A stretch of 64,000 nt of DNA from a virus. The stretch's first letter is position 1. Each line of letters begins with the position of its first letter. Below the pieces are notes generated by a model. That model did no database searches, was not told where the DNA came from, and was given only the letters and a program-made list of their open reading frames with translations. Positions 26,660-35,882 of this stretch are shown here, one piece after another. Made by a program: the position numbers and the translations under genes. The stretch spans positions 11,361-75,360 of IMG/VR virus record IMGVR_UViG_3300009509_000015; one strand, given 5' to 3'.

Positions 26660-27019
26660 TTAAGGTACACGTAAAACAGCAAGCGTTACTGATGTAACCT
26701 GATCGTAAGTTAATTTAACAGCACGTTCGATGCTGTTATCTGCATCATTGCCTTCATAAGAACCAGTAAATGGGCCTATAAAGCGCTCTTCACCTGCTGT
26801 ACAAACAACTGTTCTATCTGCAACAGCTAGGTCAGAGTCAACAACCTGTGGTGTGTGAATCGTAATTGTGCAATCAGAACCACCACCATTAACAATATGT
26901 ACGAATGTGTTCTTCTGAGAGTTGTCAAAAACATTTCCGTCACCAGAAGCTGCTGCTGAATAAGTAGCCTCAAGTCCTGTTCTTACAATATCCTGTACGG
27001 TGATTTGAGTAGTAGCCAT
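26660..27019 (-). CDS. small virion structural protein
   Basis: AAASGDGNVFDN...VHIVNGGGS..TIT....DRTVV..AGEERFIGPF pattern. Confidence 0.6.
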   Translation of the reverse strand: MATTQITVQDIVRTGLEATYSAAASGDGNVFDNSQKNTFVHIVNGGGSDCTITIHTPQVVDSDLAVADRTVVCTAGEERFIGPFTGSYEGNDADNSIERAVKLTYDQVTSVTLAVLRVP

Positions 27020-27321
27020 TAGTTATCCTCCAATATTTTTTTAGCTTTACCATTTGCTAGCTCAGCTAACTCTTTTATAATATTATCTTTGTCCTTAGCT
27101 TGTTTTCTAAGTTCTCTGTTTTCTGATCTAAGGTCTGAAATCTCCTCTTTTAGATAAGAGATAGTTTCTTGAGCAGCGCCAGCAATCTCATCAATAGAAG
27201 TTAAAGATGTTGAAAGAGTATCAATCTGATTCTTTCTGCTAGCCATAAATAGATCAAAGATTTTGGTTAATATCAGCGTGATTAAACTAGCAATGATTGG
27301 AAATAATACTTCGTTAGTCAT
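27019..27321 (-). CDS. membrane protein with coiled coil (lysis accessory)
   Basis: N-terminal TM segment then coiled coil; in lysis cluster. Confidence 0.55.
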   Translation of the reverse strand: MTNEVLFPIIASLITLILTKIFDLFMASRKNQIDTLSTSLTSIDEIAGAAQETISYLKEEISDLRSENRELRKQAKDKDNIIKELAELANGKAKKILEDN

Positions 27322-27748
27322 ACCTTAACCTCCAATAAGCCCATCCTCCGAGAATGGAGACGATTGCGTATGTACCGCCAGGAAAGCTTATTGTGTTAAG
27401 AGTAATTAATAACGCCGACATAAAAGACCAGACTCCAACGGATACTAGTACAATAATTCTTTCAACGTTAAGCCACCCCGCAAACCTAGACGATACTAGT
27501 GCTATGCCAAGAAACAAAAAAACTCCAGCCCAAAACTCAACACCACCATGTATGTTAAGGATGCGCTCGAATCCTGTTCCTGTGACATAAGTCCTTCCTA
27601 ATATTAAAACAAATGCCCACCACAAAGCAAGCAAAGACAATAGTGCCTCAACAGGTGATGGATCGGCTATTAGTAGGGGTGCTATGAAACGATCAAAGAA
27701 CCTTCTAGACCATTTATCTTTAACAGGAGTCTTCTCTTCTATTTTCAT
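27314..27748 (-). CDS. 4-TM membrane protein (holin/antiholin candidate)
   Basis: Four hydrophobic segments; lysis cluster. Confidence 0.55.
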   Translation of the reverse strand: MKIEEKTPVKDKWSRRFFDRFIAPLLIADPSPVEALLSLLALWWAFVLILGRTYVTGTGFERILNIHGGVEFWAGVFLFLGIALVSSRFAGWLNVERIIVLVSVGVWSFMSALLITLNTISFPGGTYAIVSILGGWAYWRLRYD

Positions 27749-27763
27749 TTATACCTCTTAATA

Positions 27764-27793
27764 CTACAATTGCTTAGTCAGCAGGCATGTCAA
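27764..27793 (-). promoter_or_regulatory. putative late promoter
   Basis: TTGACA-N17-ATTGTAG. Confidence 0.65.
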
Positions 27794-28178
27794 TTAAGAA
27801 GGCAATAGTCATGTAGTCACCAACGTTTAGTGGGTCATGTTCTTCTGGAATTGCTTCTACTACCTCTATAGGTATAGGGCTAGTTTGAATAACTACTTCT
27901 TCGTCAAGCAATACTGACATGGCTTCTTGAAACTCCTTGTTCTTTTCTTCTCCAGCATCCTCTACAGACGCAGACCAATTACCGTCATCTAACTGCACAC
28001 CATAATCTTGCAATAAAGCATTACGCCTTTTAGTAAATATGTCTAGCTCTAGATTAATTTTGTCTAAAACAATTCCAGCTTTAATCTTAGCTTTCGCTGG
28101 CATTTTTGTTACAGTTGCAAGTTTATCTAGTGCTGGTTTTGCTGTCAGAATTTCTTTAAATGTTGCTTTTATTGTCAT
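27774..28178 (-). CDS. DUF1617-like phage protein
   Basis: L.KL....MP.KA...EL..F.K.RN.LL..YG...F...M..LL.EEV. Confidence 0.5.
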   Translation of the reverse strand: MTIKATFKEILTAKPALDKLATVTKMPAKAKIKAGIVLDKINLELDIFTKRRNALLQDYGVQLDDGNWSASVEDAGEEKNKEFQEAMSVLLDEEVVIQTSPIPIEVVEAIPEEHDPLNVGDYMTIAFLIDMPAD

Positions 28179-28197
28179 CTCTCACTCCATAGAAATA

Positions 28198-28226
28198 CTG
28201 GCAGGGCAGATTGTCTACCCTGCCAG
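28198..28226 (-). terminator. hairpin downstream of holin
   Basis: CTGGCAGGG/CCCTGCCAG stem. Confidence 0.6.
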
Positions 28227-28252
28227 CGTAGATGTATCTAAATTTAGACTTT

Positions 28253-28558
28253 TTATCCTGATCCATACCTACCAAAAAGGCTAACAGCAGAACCCTTCAA
28301 CAGCTTGTAATATAGTGTTGCTGCTGTAAAGATCAAGCCGATTAAAGCAGGCAGTGTTTCCCATGTTAGATCGCCAAAACCAAATGCACCAGATAGGAAA
28401 ATCTGAAGAGCACCTAACACAGCAGCGATAACACCAGTTAGTACAACTGCTGCCTTCTCATCCCAACCAAGCTTGTTCTTGAAATACTCAGTCAGTCCTG
28501 ATCCCAATACACCGATGATAAGCGTGATCAGTATAGTAAAAATTTCTTGCCATTCCAT
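28253..28558 (-). CDS. holin
   Basis: Three TM segments, directly downstream of endolysin. Confidence 0.7.
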   Translation of the reverse strand: MEWQEIFTILITLIIGVLGSGLTEYFKNKLGWDEKAAVVLTGVIAAVLGALQIFLSGAFGFGDLTWETLPALIGLIFTAATLYYKLLKGSAVSLFGRYGSG

Positions 28559-28580
28559 AATATTTTCTCCTTATAAAAAA

Positions 28581-29630
28581 TTATTCTACAGGCTCAGCCA
28601 ATCTCTGCGCCCTATAGCTTACAGCAATAAAGTTGCCTGCAAACTCACCTTCTTTTATTTCGCCCCAACCCTCATAACCATGAATGTTTTCAGTTAGGAC
28701 AACTTTAGTACTCCTCTTTAACTTCCCTACAATACTACCGTAGGTACTTGGTTTACTACGCACATTCAAAGTATCCGTAGTAACTACAAACTCCATACAT
28801 TTATCAGATGGTACAGGTGGATCAGGTGGATCAGGTGGATCAGGTGGATCAGGCTCATCCTTAAGAAGTGGATTCTCAACCTTCTGCGGAACAGCCCCAT
28901 TAAACATCTTATAGAAAGCTGCGTTATCGCCAACAAATCTTAATAGGTCAATGCTAGCAGATGCTACACCAAACACGTCGCCTAAACCATTACCATCGGC
29001 AGAGTGTTGCCATACGTGCCACCTAGTTCCGTACACTGGATTGTTAACATCTTTCCAATCAGCAGGCAATCCAATAACACTATCGTATGGTACGGGTATA
29101 CCGTCGTGATAACGAGCGATCATCAGCTTTGTTTTCTTTGGGTAATCGGTCTTGTAACCACGAAGTACATAATCCCAAAATGTAGTTCTAGTGTACGTTG
29201 TAATATGCTCTTCTCCCCATTCTTGGAAACACCAGTTGTAATATTTGGCAAGCACATCACCAAAGACAGTCTTAGAAAGATTATCTGGATTTTCCTCAAT
29301 ATCCAAAACCAAACCAAGTGCTGGCATACCGTACTGATCCACTAACCACTGTAGCTTCTCGAATTGTGTCTTCATCCGTGTGCTTGAACCACGTACCTTT
29401 AAGTACTGATAGTACCCCACAGGTAGCATAGGATAGTTCTTTAGATTATTGTAGTAGTCCTCGAAATCATAATCTAAATACTTTGTGTATAATCCTCGAA
29501 GAAAAAGAAATGCAACCCTACTTGACAATAAATCCCAATCAATCCTTTCGCCCTCTGATTGCTGCCATGTAGATATGTCTGCTCCTTCAATCTCATACAG
29601 GTAGTCGTATGTAAAATAATTATATGACAT
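28581..29630 (-). CDS. endolysin: GH25 muramidase, Pro/Asp linker, SH3b
   Basis: GADISTWQ, LDIEE, WQHS, IDL; LNVRSKPST..IVGKL. Confidence 0.88.
   Translation of the reverse strand: MSYNYFTYDYLYEIEGADISTWQQSEGERIDWDLLSSRVAFLFLRGLYTKYLDYDFEDYYNNLKNYPMLPVGYYQYLKVRGSSTRMKTQFEKLQWLVDQYGMPALGLVLDIEENPDNLSKTVFGDVLAKYYNWCFQEWGEEHITTYTRTTFWDYVLRGYKTDYPKKTKLMIARYHDGIPVPYDSVIGLPADWKDVNNPVYGTRWHVWQHSADGNGLGDVFGVASASIDLLRFVGDNAAFYKMFNGAVPQKVENPLLKDEPDPPDPPDPPDPPVPSDKCMEFVVTTDTLNVRSKPSTYGSIVGKLKRSTKVVLTENIHGYEGWGEIKEGEFAGNFIAVSYRAQRLAEPVE
28816..28852 (-). repeat. 9-bp tandem repeat encoding (PDP)n linker
   Basis: (GGTGGATCA)x4 on the + strand. Confidence 0.85.
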
Positions 29631-29659
29631 TCTAACCTCCAGTAAACATAGTAATATTA

Positions 29660-29688
29660 ATTGTACCACAAAAATCTAAAATTGTCAA
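29660..29688 (-). promoter_or_regulatory. sigma70 promoter of endolysin-holin
   Basis: TTGACA-N17-TACAAT with TG extension. Confidence 0.75.
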
Positions 29689-29691
29689 GAC

Positions 29692-29994
29692 TTATGGAGC
29701 CAGTATAGATGCCTCAACACTATCACGAAAATTTTGTATAAACGTTTGTATAGTCTGTAGTTGCTGTGTCGTCATAAGACCAAGAGATATTAATCTTTGG
29801 TAGTCAGCCTCATGTTGAGCCATGATATTTCCATCTTGATCCTCAACAACAGCGTAAGCAATAAGATTTTCAGTTTCTACTTCAGTGAAATCACCAAGAT
29901 CATCGTAAACTTTTTCAATTACAGACTCAACATTAATTCTAATTTCCCTAACTTTTGTAGGTACTTGATTTCCATAAGGCTTAAACCCTTCCAT
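29692..29994 (-). CDS. hypothetical protein (possible fibre chaperone)
   Basis: Follows tail fibre gene; GGAG SD. Confidence 0.55.
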   Translation of the reverse strand: MEGFKPYGNQVPTKVREIRINVESVIEKVYDDLGDFTEVETENLIAYAVVEDQDGNIMAQHEADYQRLISLGLMTTQQLQTIQTFIQNFRDSVEASILAP

Positions 29995-30005
29995 ATCTCT
30001 CTCTC

Positions 30006-33000
30006 CTATACAACACGAGCACACCAGAACTCTGGTGAATAATATAAAGCCCTGTTGATACTAACAGTTGTTCCAGCATTACAATATGCTTGTAATTCAA
30101 CATAGTCAGTTGATCCGTTTAAGTAGATCATACCAGTAACTGCCTCATCGTGAACTAGTCCGTTATTAGCAGTGTGTAATGATCTAGCAAAAACAGTACT
30201 TCCATTTTGTCTAAGTGCTACTCCTCTAAACCCTGTTGAATTAGATGCAAATTGAACCTGTCCACCAAAAATATATAAACCAGCACCAAGAGTTGGTGTT
30301 ATTCTAGTTGGGTTTGTACTATTGCTATGCCAGTTATAAGTATCCTGCCATTCTACGTCAAAACTTATTACCTCCCACCCACCACCAGCATGAGAATGTG
30401 CTGTAGATTTATTTACTTTACAAGCAGCAGACTGACTAATGTTAATTGTATTTGATACACTGATATAACCAGAGACAGGATTAGACCCTGCACTACCAAT
30501 ATATAGTCCACCACCAGCAGCAATATCAGCAGTTACTCTTAAATCATTTGCAGTAGCACCAGTAGAAGTTCCAACATAAATACCATAGCTACTTGGTATG
30601 TATAAGTGTTTATTAAGTAAGAAAGCGTTTCTATCAGTATAAATATGCCCGTATGAAGTACTTTGTGCTCCTATATCAATATACCCACTGTTTGTTTCTA
30701 AACGTATGGCATTATTAGAGCCTTCTGTAATTTTTGTATTACCATCTACTAGATAAATAGGCCCAATAAATTGATTATAGCCTGCTGTATAAAGTATACG
30801 GTTAGTGCTGGTTGACGTACCACCATAAATAACTAATGATGCAGTAGAAACAGTTCCTTGTGCTAGAAGATAAACAGCAGGAGTTCCTGTAGCTGGAGCA
30901 TTAGCCCACAATGTTACAGAACCATTAAGAACACCAGACATAGAGGTTTGAGTTGCGTCTGCTTGAAGCTGTATATCTACTCCATATCCAGAAGAAATCC
31001 TACCCAGTAGATAAGCTACTTCATCGTTGTTGCTGTCATACCAACTAATCTTTCTATTTGCTACCCAGTCAGCAGCTAATTTAAACCTAATCCCTGAAAC
31101 GCCTATATCTAGTCCACCAGCACTAGTATAAAAACGCAAGCCATTAGTAGGATCAAAGGTTAAGTACTCATCAGAAGCGTAATCTCCTATACCTACACCG
31201 TATGTATCAGTTGCGTAACCATATAAACCATCTAGATTACCTATTGCCCAACGTGATGATAGGTCACTATACCATTCAGTATCTCTAACCCACCCCACTA
31301 TAGTAGGCCCAGTTTGTGAAGACCCTAGAATAGAATCATATGAATAAAGATCAATAAACCCATAACCGACATTACCAGTATTAAATATGGCATCTCCAGC
31401 ATACCAGCTATTATATCCAGTACCATCAAGATTTCTTTGTACAAAATATATACCTGATCCTCCTAGGTCATCATCAACAACATAGAAAAATTCAACACTA
31501 CCACTACCCTCTGAGTATAATATATCTCCAACAGAAAAAGCATTAGCGTGCTCTACATAAATAAGTCTGCCTTTCATTACTAAAACATCATCAAAGTAAG
31601 CTATGTCTGCACTTGTATCAGGACAATAAAAAAATATACGCAAACTAGAGCAGCCCACTGGAACAGTTACAACATATTTATTAAAGAACCAATCGGTAGA
31701 AGTATTATCATAACTTTCTATTGTTGTTAATGCTATAACTTCACTAGTATTTGTAACATCATACACCCTAAATCTTGGAGGTGACGTATTTGCACCAGAA
31801 CCCCTTGCCCAAAACGAAAATACTAAAGTATCTTCTGCTGTTACTGAAAGAGTCTGATATACATTTGTAACACGAGTTGCTCCAGCAGTAAGTGCTGCAC
31901 TATATGTACCAGCATACTTAGTAGTACTTCGAACAATACTACCATCACCAGCATTTTCAGTCCAGTTTGCAAATACATCAGCACCACCACCTCCAGCAGT
32001 TTCAAACCCAGGATTTGATACATACTGTTCTACTAAGTTTGTTGAGCTTGCTGGTAAGTCTTGTGAAAATGTAGTTGTTGGCCCTACTAATACTCTGCCA
32101 CCAATAGTAGCAATAGTATCTTGTGCAACTAGCGTTTCTACTCGTAATTCCGCAGCATATAAAGTTAAATACTTTTTGTTTACAGAACCAAGATTTATAT
32201 CATAGTTGTTATTAGGAAGAACGTCGTCGCCTGTAAGATTAAAAATAAAGTCACCTGCTGCTGAGACCGTAAAGCTACCTGTAGGGCTGTATAATGTTAG
32301 ATCACCTCCAGAATTTATATAAAAATCCCAGTAGTTTGAATCGTCATATTGTAGTCTTAATGGTGCTGTAGTATGTTGAACCCTAAGAGGTTGTGAGGAT
32401 GACGGTGACATGTTTAAACCCAACCCTATTAGCTGTAAAAGTCCACTACTGTTAGTTGCTAGTATAGCTGCTGTAGTAGATGGGTTAGAGCTTGTACTGA
32501 TAGCGTGTGTATGATCACTCCTAGAAAAACTAGTAGCTGATCCTTCTGCTGACGAACTAGTAACATCAAGTCCAGAAGCGCTTGCTGCAACAATGGAATG
32601 AACGTGATCAACACGAGCAGCATATGATGACGAACCTCCAGCAGCAACATCATCTGGCTCTATAGTAGTAGGTGTTCCAGAAAAAGCTAATTCAATATTG
32701 TCTCCATTAAAACCAAGACCAGTTCCTAGAGATACTGTTAAAGTAATGGATGAACCAGTAGTTAGAAGACCACCACCAGTTAAACCAAGACCAGCGATAA
32801 CTTCCTTATTAACATGGTCTGCTAGCAAACCTGTAACAACTTGCCCTTGAGCATTAGCTCCCAAAGTAAATGGTGCGGTTGTTGTGCCTGGAGAGAATGA
32901 GTGTTGTGCAGTAATAGTTCTAGCAGTAGATATATGAACATACTGGGTATGATCATCTTGATCAAGACCAGCAAGACCGCTATGTGATCCAGTAGGAGTT

Positions 33001-33176
33001 CCTGATAATGAGTCTGCCACCACAGCACTAGCATAGATAGTATCCCATCTTTGTGCTGGTCTACCAAGATCATAGGTATCAGTAGTCTTTGGGGTAATTT
33101 CTCCCTGTGCAATATTGTCACCCCTCGTTGTAATAAAATATGATTTTAGTCTCTCTATATCATTTCTTGAAATCAT
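30006..33176 (-). CDS. tail fibre/receptor-binding protein with CBM4/9-like domain
   Basis: YDLG...RW..IYA repeats, SRSDHTH repeats, NPGFET...YFDDV carbohydrate-binding module, C1q-like C-terminus. Confidence 0.75.
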   Translation of the reverse strand: MISRNDIERLKSYFITTRGDNIAQGEITPKTTDTYDLGRPAQRWDTIYASAVVADSLSGTPTGSHSGLAGLDQDDHTQYVHISTARTITAQHSFSPGTTTAPFTLGANAQGQVVTGLLADHVNKEVIAGLGLTGGGLLTTGSSITLTVSLGTGLGFNGDNIELAFSGTPTTIEPDDVAAGGSSSYAARVDHVHSIVAASASGLDVTSSSAEGSATSFSRSDHTHAISTSSNPSTTAAILATNSSGLLQLIGLGLNMSPSSSQPLRVQHTTAPLRLQYDDSNYWDFYINSGGDLTLYSPTGSFTVSAAGDFIFNLTGDDVLPNNNYDINLGSVNKKYLTLYAAELRVETLVAQDTIATIGGRVLVGPTTTFSQDLPASSTNLVEQYVSNPGFETAGGGGADVFANWTENAGDGSIVRSTTKYAGTYSAALTAGATRVTNVYQTLSVTAEDTLVFSFWARGSGANTSPPRFRVYDVTNTSEVIALTTIESYDNTSTDWFFNKYVVTVPVGCSSLRIFFYCPDTSADIAYFDDVLVMKGRLIYVEHANAFSVGDILYSEGSGSVEFFYVVDDDLGGSGIYFVQRNLDGTGYNSWYAGDAIFNTGNVGYGFIDLYSYDSILGSSQTGPTIVGWVRDTEWYSDLSSRWAIGNLDGLYGYATDTYGVGIGDYASDEYLTFDPTNGLRFYTSAGGLDIGVSGIRFKLAADWVANRKISWYDSNNDEVAYLLGRISSGYGVDIQLQADATQTSMSGVLNGSVTLWANAPATGTPAVYLLAQGTVSTASLVIYGGTSTSTNRILYTAGYNQFIGPIYLVDGNTKITEGSNNAIRLETNSGYIDIGAQSTSYGHIYTDRNAFLLNKHLYIPSSYGIYVGTSTGATANDLRVTADIAAGGGLYIGSAGSNPVSGYISVSNTINISQSAACKVNKSTAHSHAGGGWEVISFDVEWQDTYNWHSNSTNPTRITPTLGAGLYIFGGQVQFASNSTGFRGVALRQNGSTVFARSLHTANNGLVHDEAVTGMIYLNGSTDYVELQAYCNAGTTVSINRALYYSPEFWCARVV

Positions 33177-34327
33177 TAGTTAACTGATCCTCCACTAAAA
33201 CCTAGCTGAGCTAATAACAAATCAAATGACTGTGTTTTTGATCCAGGGGTTAAGGTCATTGTTCTAGAGCTTATATTATAACTTGTCTTTGCTACAATAG
33301 CCTTTGTTGTACCTGAACCAGCAGGAGGTACTGATAGCCCAGTAATACCAAAACGGCTAGAATCATCTATAGATATAATATCACCAGCCCTTATAAGATA
33401 TACAGGCTTATGACCAAGAACAACACTGTCATTTGTTGCATCTATAGTTAAACCTCTTGTTTGTTCTGGTCTACTATGAGCAGCTAGTGCGATTTCTGCC
33501 ACTAATATTGCAACAGCCTCACTTACTTGACCAGCATTAATAGTTCCCTCTCTTACACCCCAGTTTTCTTGACTTTGTGCGTCCTCTTCAAATGGGTCTG
33601 TAAATGTTTGACCAGCATCCTCATCATCATATATAGCCTGTATTTTGTTGTATACCTGTTCTATACTAAGTGTACTACTATATCTAGCCCTATCCTTTCC
33701 AACTTTTACTATAAATTTTGGAAGTTCTTCGCTAAGGTCTGGCGGTTCTGCGACTAGGTTACATAGCCCATCTTCCCATACCTGAAAGTGTAGAGCATCT
33801 GGAGGTGTGCTATCATCACCAAACTTTACAACTTCTTTAATAGCCTGGTTTACTTTAACGTCTCCAAAAAAATCTAGAGGAGTAATGTCTGTAGTAGTAA
33901 TTTCTATTTCTCCTTTCTTCCACACGCTTATTAACGATATAGCATCAATAATAATATCACTAGCAGATGTTGGAACACTCGTCGGATAAATAAGACCCAT
34001 CAACGTATCGTTGCCTATAATATAGTTTCCCAAAGAAGATAGTGTTAGTTGATCTTCTGATAACTGTGACCTTTCTATTCTTCCTTCGTGAACAATACTA
34101 CCGTCAACAGCGTACAATCTACAACGTTTTCCAAGAGCTTTTGTATATAAATAGTTAGACATTTCTGCACGTATATCCAATGTTACAGAGCACTTTCCAA
34201 AGCCACCATCTAAGTGTGTTTCAAAAGTACCACTAGTTACAGATGATACAAAAGCAACATCTTGTATTGTTAGGTCAAAATCATTGTATAATGCTAACGT
34301 GAAAGGATCACCTTGTAGTACGCCCAT
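33176..34327 (-). CDS. tail tip/hub protein
   Basis: Position after Dit-like gene; SQENWGVRE, IRAGDII. Confidence 0.6.
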   Translation of the reverse strand: MGVLQGDPFTLALYNDFDLTIQDVAFVSSVTSGTFETHLDGGFGKCSVTLDIRAEMSNYLYTKALGKRCRLYAVDGSIVHEGRIERSQLSEDQLTLSSLGNYIIGNDTLMGLIYPTSVPTSASDIIIDAISLISVWKKGEIEITTTDITPLDFFGDVKVNQAIKEVVKFGDDSTPPDALHFQVWEDGLCNLVAEPPDLSEELPKFIVKVGKDRARYSSTLSIEQVYNKIQAIYDDEDAGQTFTDPFEEDAQSQENWGVREGTINAGQVSEAVAILVAEIALAAHSRPEQTRGLTIDATNDSVVLGHKPVYLIRAGDIISIDDSSRFGITGLSVPPAGSGTTKAIVAKTSYNISSRTMTLTPGSKTQSFDLLLAQLGFSGGSVN

Positions 34328-34339
34328 AGTAGCTCCTTG

Positions 34340-35881
34340 TTAATATACTGAGTGCTTGTAGGAAGGTAAATAATATACCGTCACAGTCGCTCCCATATCC
34401 CTAGGAGCCATTCTATCGGCAGGCCCAAAACCATAATCTTCAAATAAGAAAAATATCTTGCAGTTTAGCCTGTTTGGTTCTAAAAATATAGGAGAAAAGA
34501 AAGCATCTACATTATCCTGATAGTAATGGCTAGCTGAGTCATCTTCCATATATGCAAAACCTCGCCATCCGTCATCAATAATTTGATCCTGTATAGTATA
34601 GTACCCCAAAGGAGTTGAGTGCAAGTCTAAAACTCTGAACCCTTTATCTATTGGCATAAAGAATAGTCTATCCAGAGACACTTGCTGTGTTGATCCAGAA
34701 GTAGAGGAACCGTGAAGAGTAGCAAGCCATTTACTTTGTTCTCCTGCCCCCATAATATCTGGCAATCCTTGTAGTGTTGGAGGTAGTATAAACATACCAA
34801 GATCAACTATATAAGATGTGTCTGTTCTTGAGTGATAACCAATAGGAACAACACGCTCACCATAAATAGTTTTACCAACCAAGTTTGAAGTACCTGTTTG
34901 AACTTGTGAAAGCCTTAATTGCCAAGCTGTTGACTCTGGAAATGTAGTACTTCCTGATATTAAGAAGGCTCTAAATATGCCTTCTTTAATAGTTCCTTGT
35001 GTTTGATAACATAGTGGTTGAACAGTCTCATTTGCAGGAAGTGTAACTAATTCTGCTTCACCATCAGAATAGTGTGAGTTTGTCTGACCACTGTGCGTTA
35101 TGCTACCAAAGTAATTTGTATAAGCATTTGTATCTTCTAATTCCCAAATATAGTCAGGAGCACTTATGTATTGTTTTATAGTAGACCCAATAAATACTTT
35201 GCCTACTGAACCATATGCACTACCATTATATTTAATCTTTATTATTGTAGGTAAAGGCATGTCTCCCTGTAAGTTGCCAAACGAAACATAATGACAATAA
35301 CTGCTATCCCATGTATTATCTACTTGTATACCAGTAGTAATATTATTACCGTGACAATTGCTTAAAGAAACAGACGCTGGAGTACCATCAACAGGAGAGT
35401 ACTTTGTAATTCTTGGTTTGCATAAAAGTTCTATAGTTATGTTCTTTATTTTGTAATAACCATCTACAGCATCCTGCAACACCTGATTAACAGACATAAT
35501 ATCTTTAGGTAGTTTAATTTTTCCATAAAGAACCTCAAAGTAACTAGGAGTACCTTGGTCAAAAGCAAACTTAAATTCTGTTCTATCTGCTGCTCTACCA
35601 CCAGCTAAATAATAATCTGTAGCTCGTCTAAGCAAATCTTCTATGACGGAAATCCTAGTCCATACATTATATCTAGTAGTATCAAGAACAGAAATTATAA
35701 TTTCTACTTTCCTACCTTCTTGATATACATTTGCTGGAACATCTCCATCAGGCGAAGAAGTCCAGTTTATCTTTTCATCCACTGGATGTATAATAACACC
35801 AGCATCTTCAAGATGGTAATAGTTACTACCAATAAAATCTATGGTTGTGTTTAATGTACTAATCTCAGCTATATATGCCAT
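34340..35881 (-). CDS. distal tail-like protein
   Basis: Immediately downstream of tape measure; GDMPLP motif. Confidence 0.6.
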   Translation of the reverse strand: MAYIAEISTLNTTIDFIGSNYYHLEDAGVIIHPVDEKINWTSSPDGDVPANVYQEGRKVEIIISVLDTTRYNVWTRISVIEDLLRRATDYYLAGGRAADRTEFKFAFDQGTPSYFEVLYGKIKLPKDIMSVNQVLQDAVDGYYKIKNITIELLCKPRITKYSPVDGTPASVSLSNCHGNNITTGIQVDNTWDSSYCHYVSFGNLQGDMPLPTIIKIKYNGSAYGSVGKVFIGSTIKQYISAPDYIWELEDTNAYTNYFGSITHSGQTNSHYSDGEAELVTLPANETVQPLCYQTQGTIKEGIFRAFLISGSTTFPESTAWQLRLSQVQTGTSNLVGKTIYGERVVPIGYHSRTDTSYIVDLGMFILPPTLQGLPDIMGAGEQSKWLATLHGSSTSGSTQQVSLDRLFFMPIDKGFRVLDLHSTPLGYYTIQDQIIDDGWRGFAYMEDDSASHYYQDNVDAFFSPIFLEPNRLNCKIFFLFEDYGFGPADRMAPRDMGATVTVYYLPSYKHSVY

Positions 35882-35882
35882 G

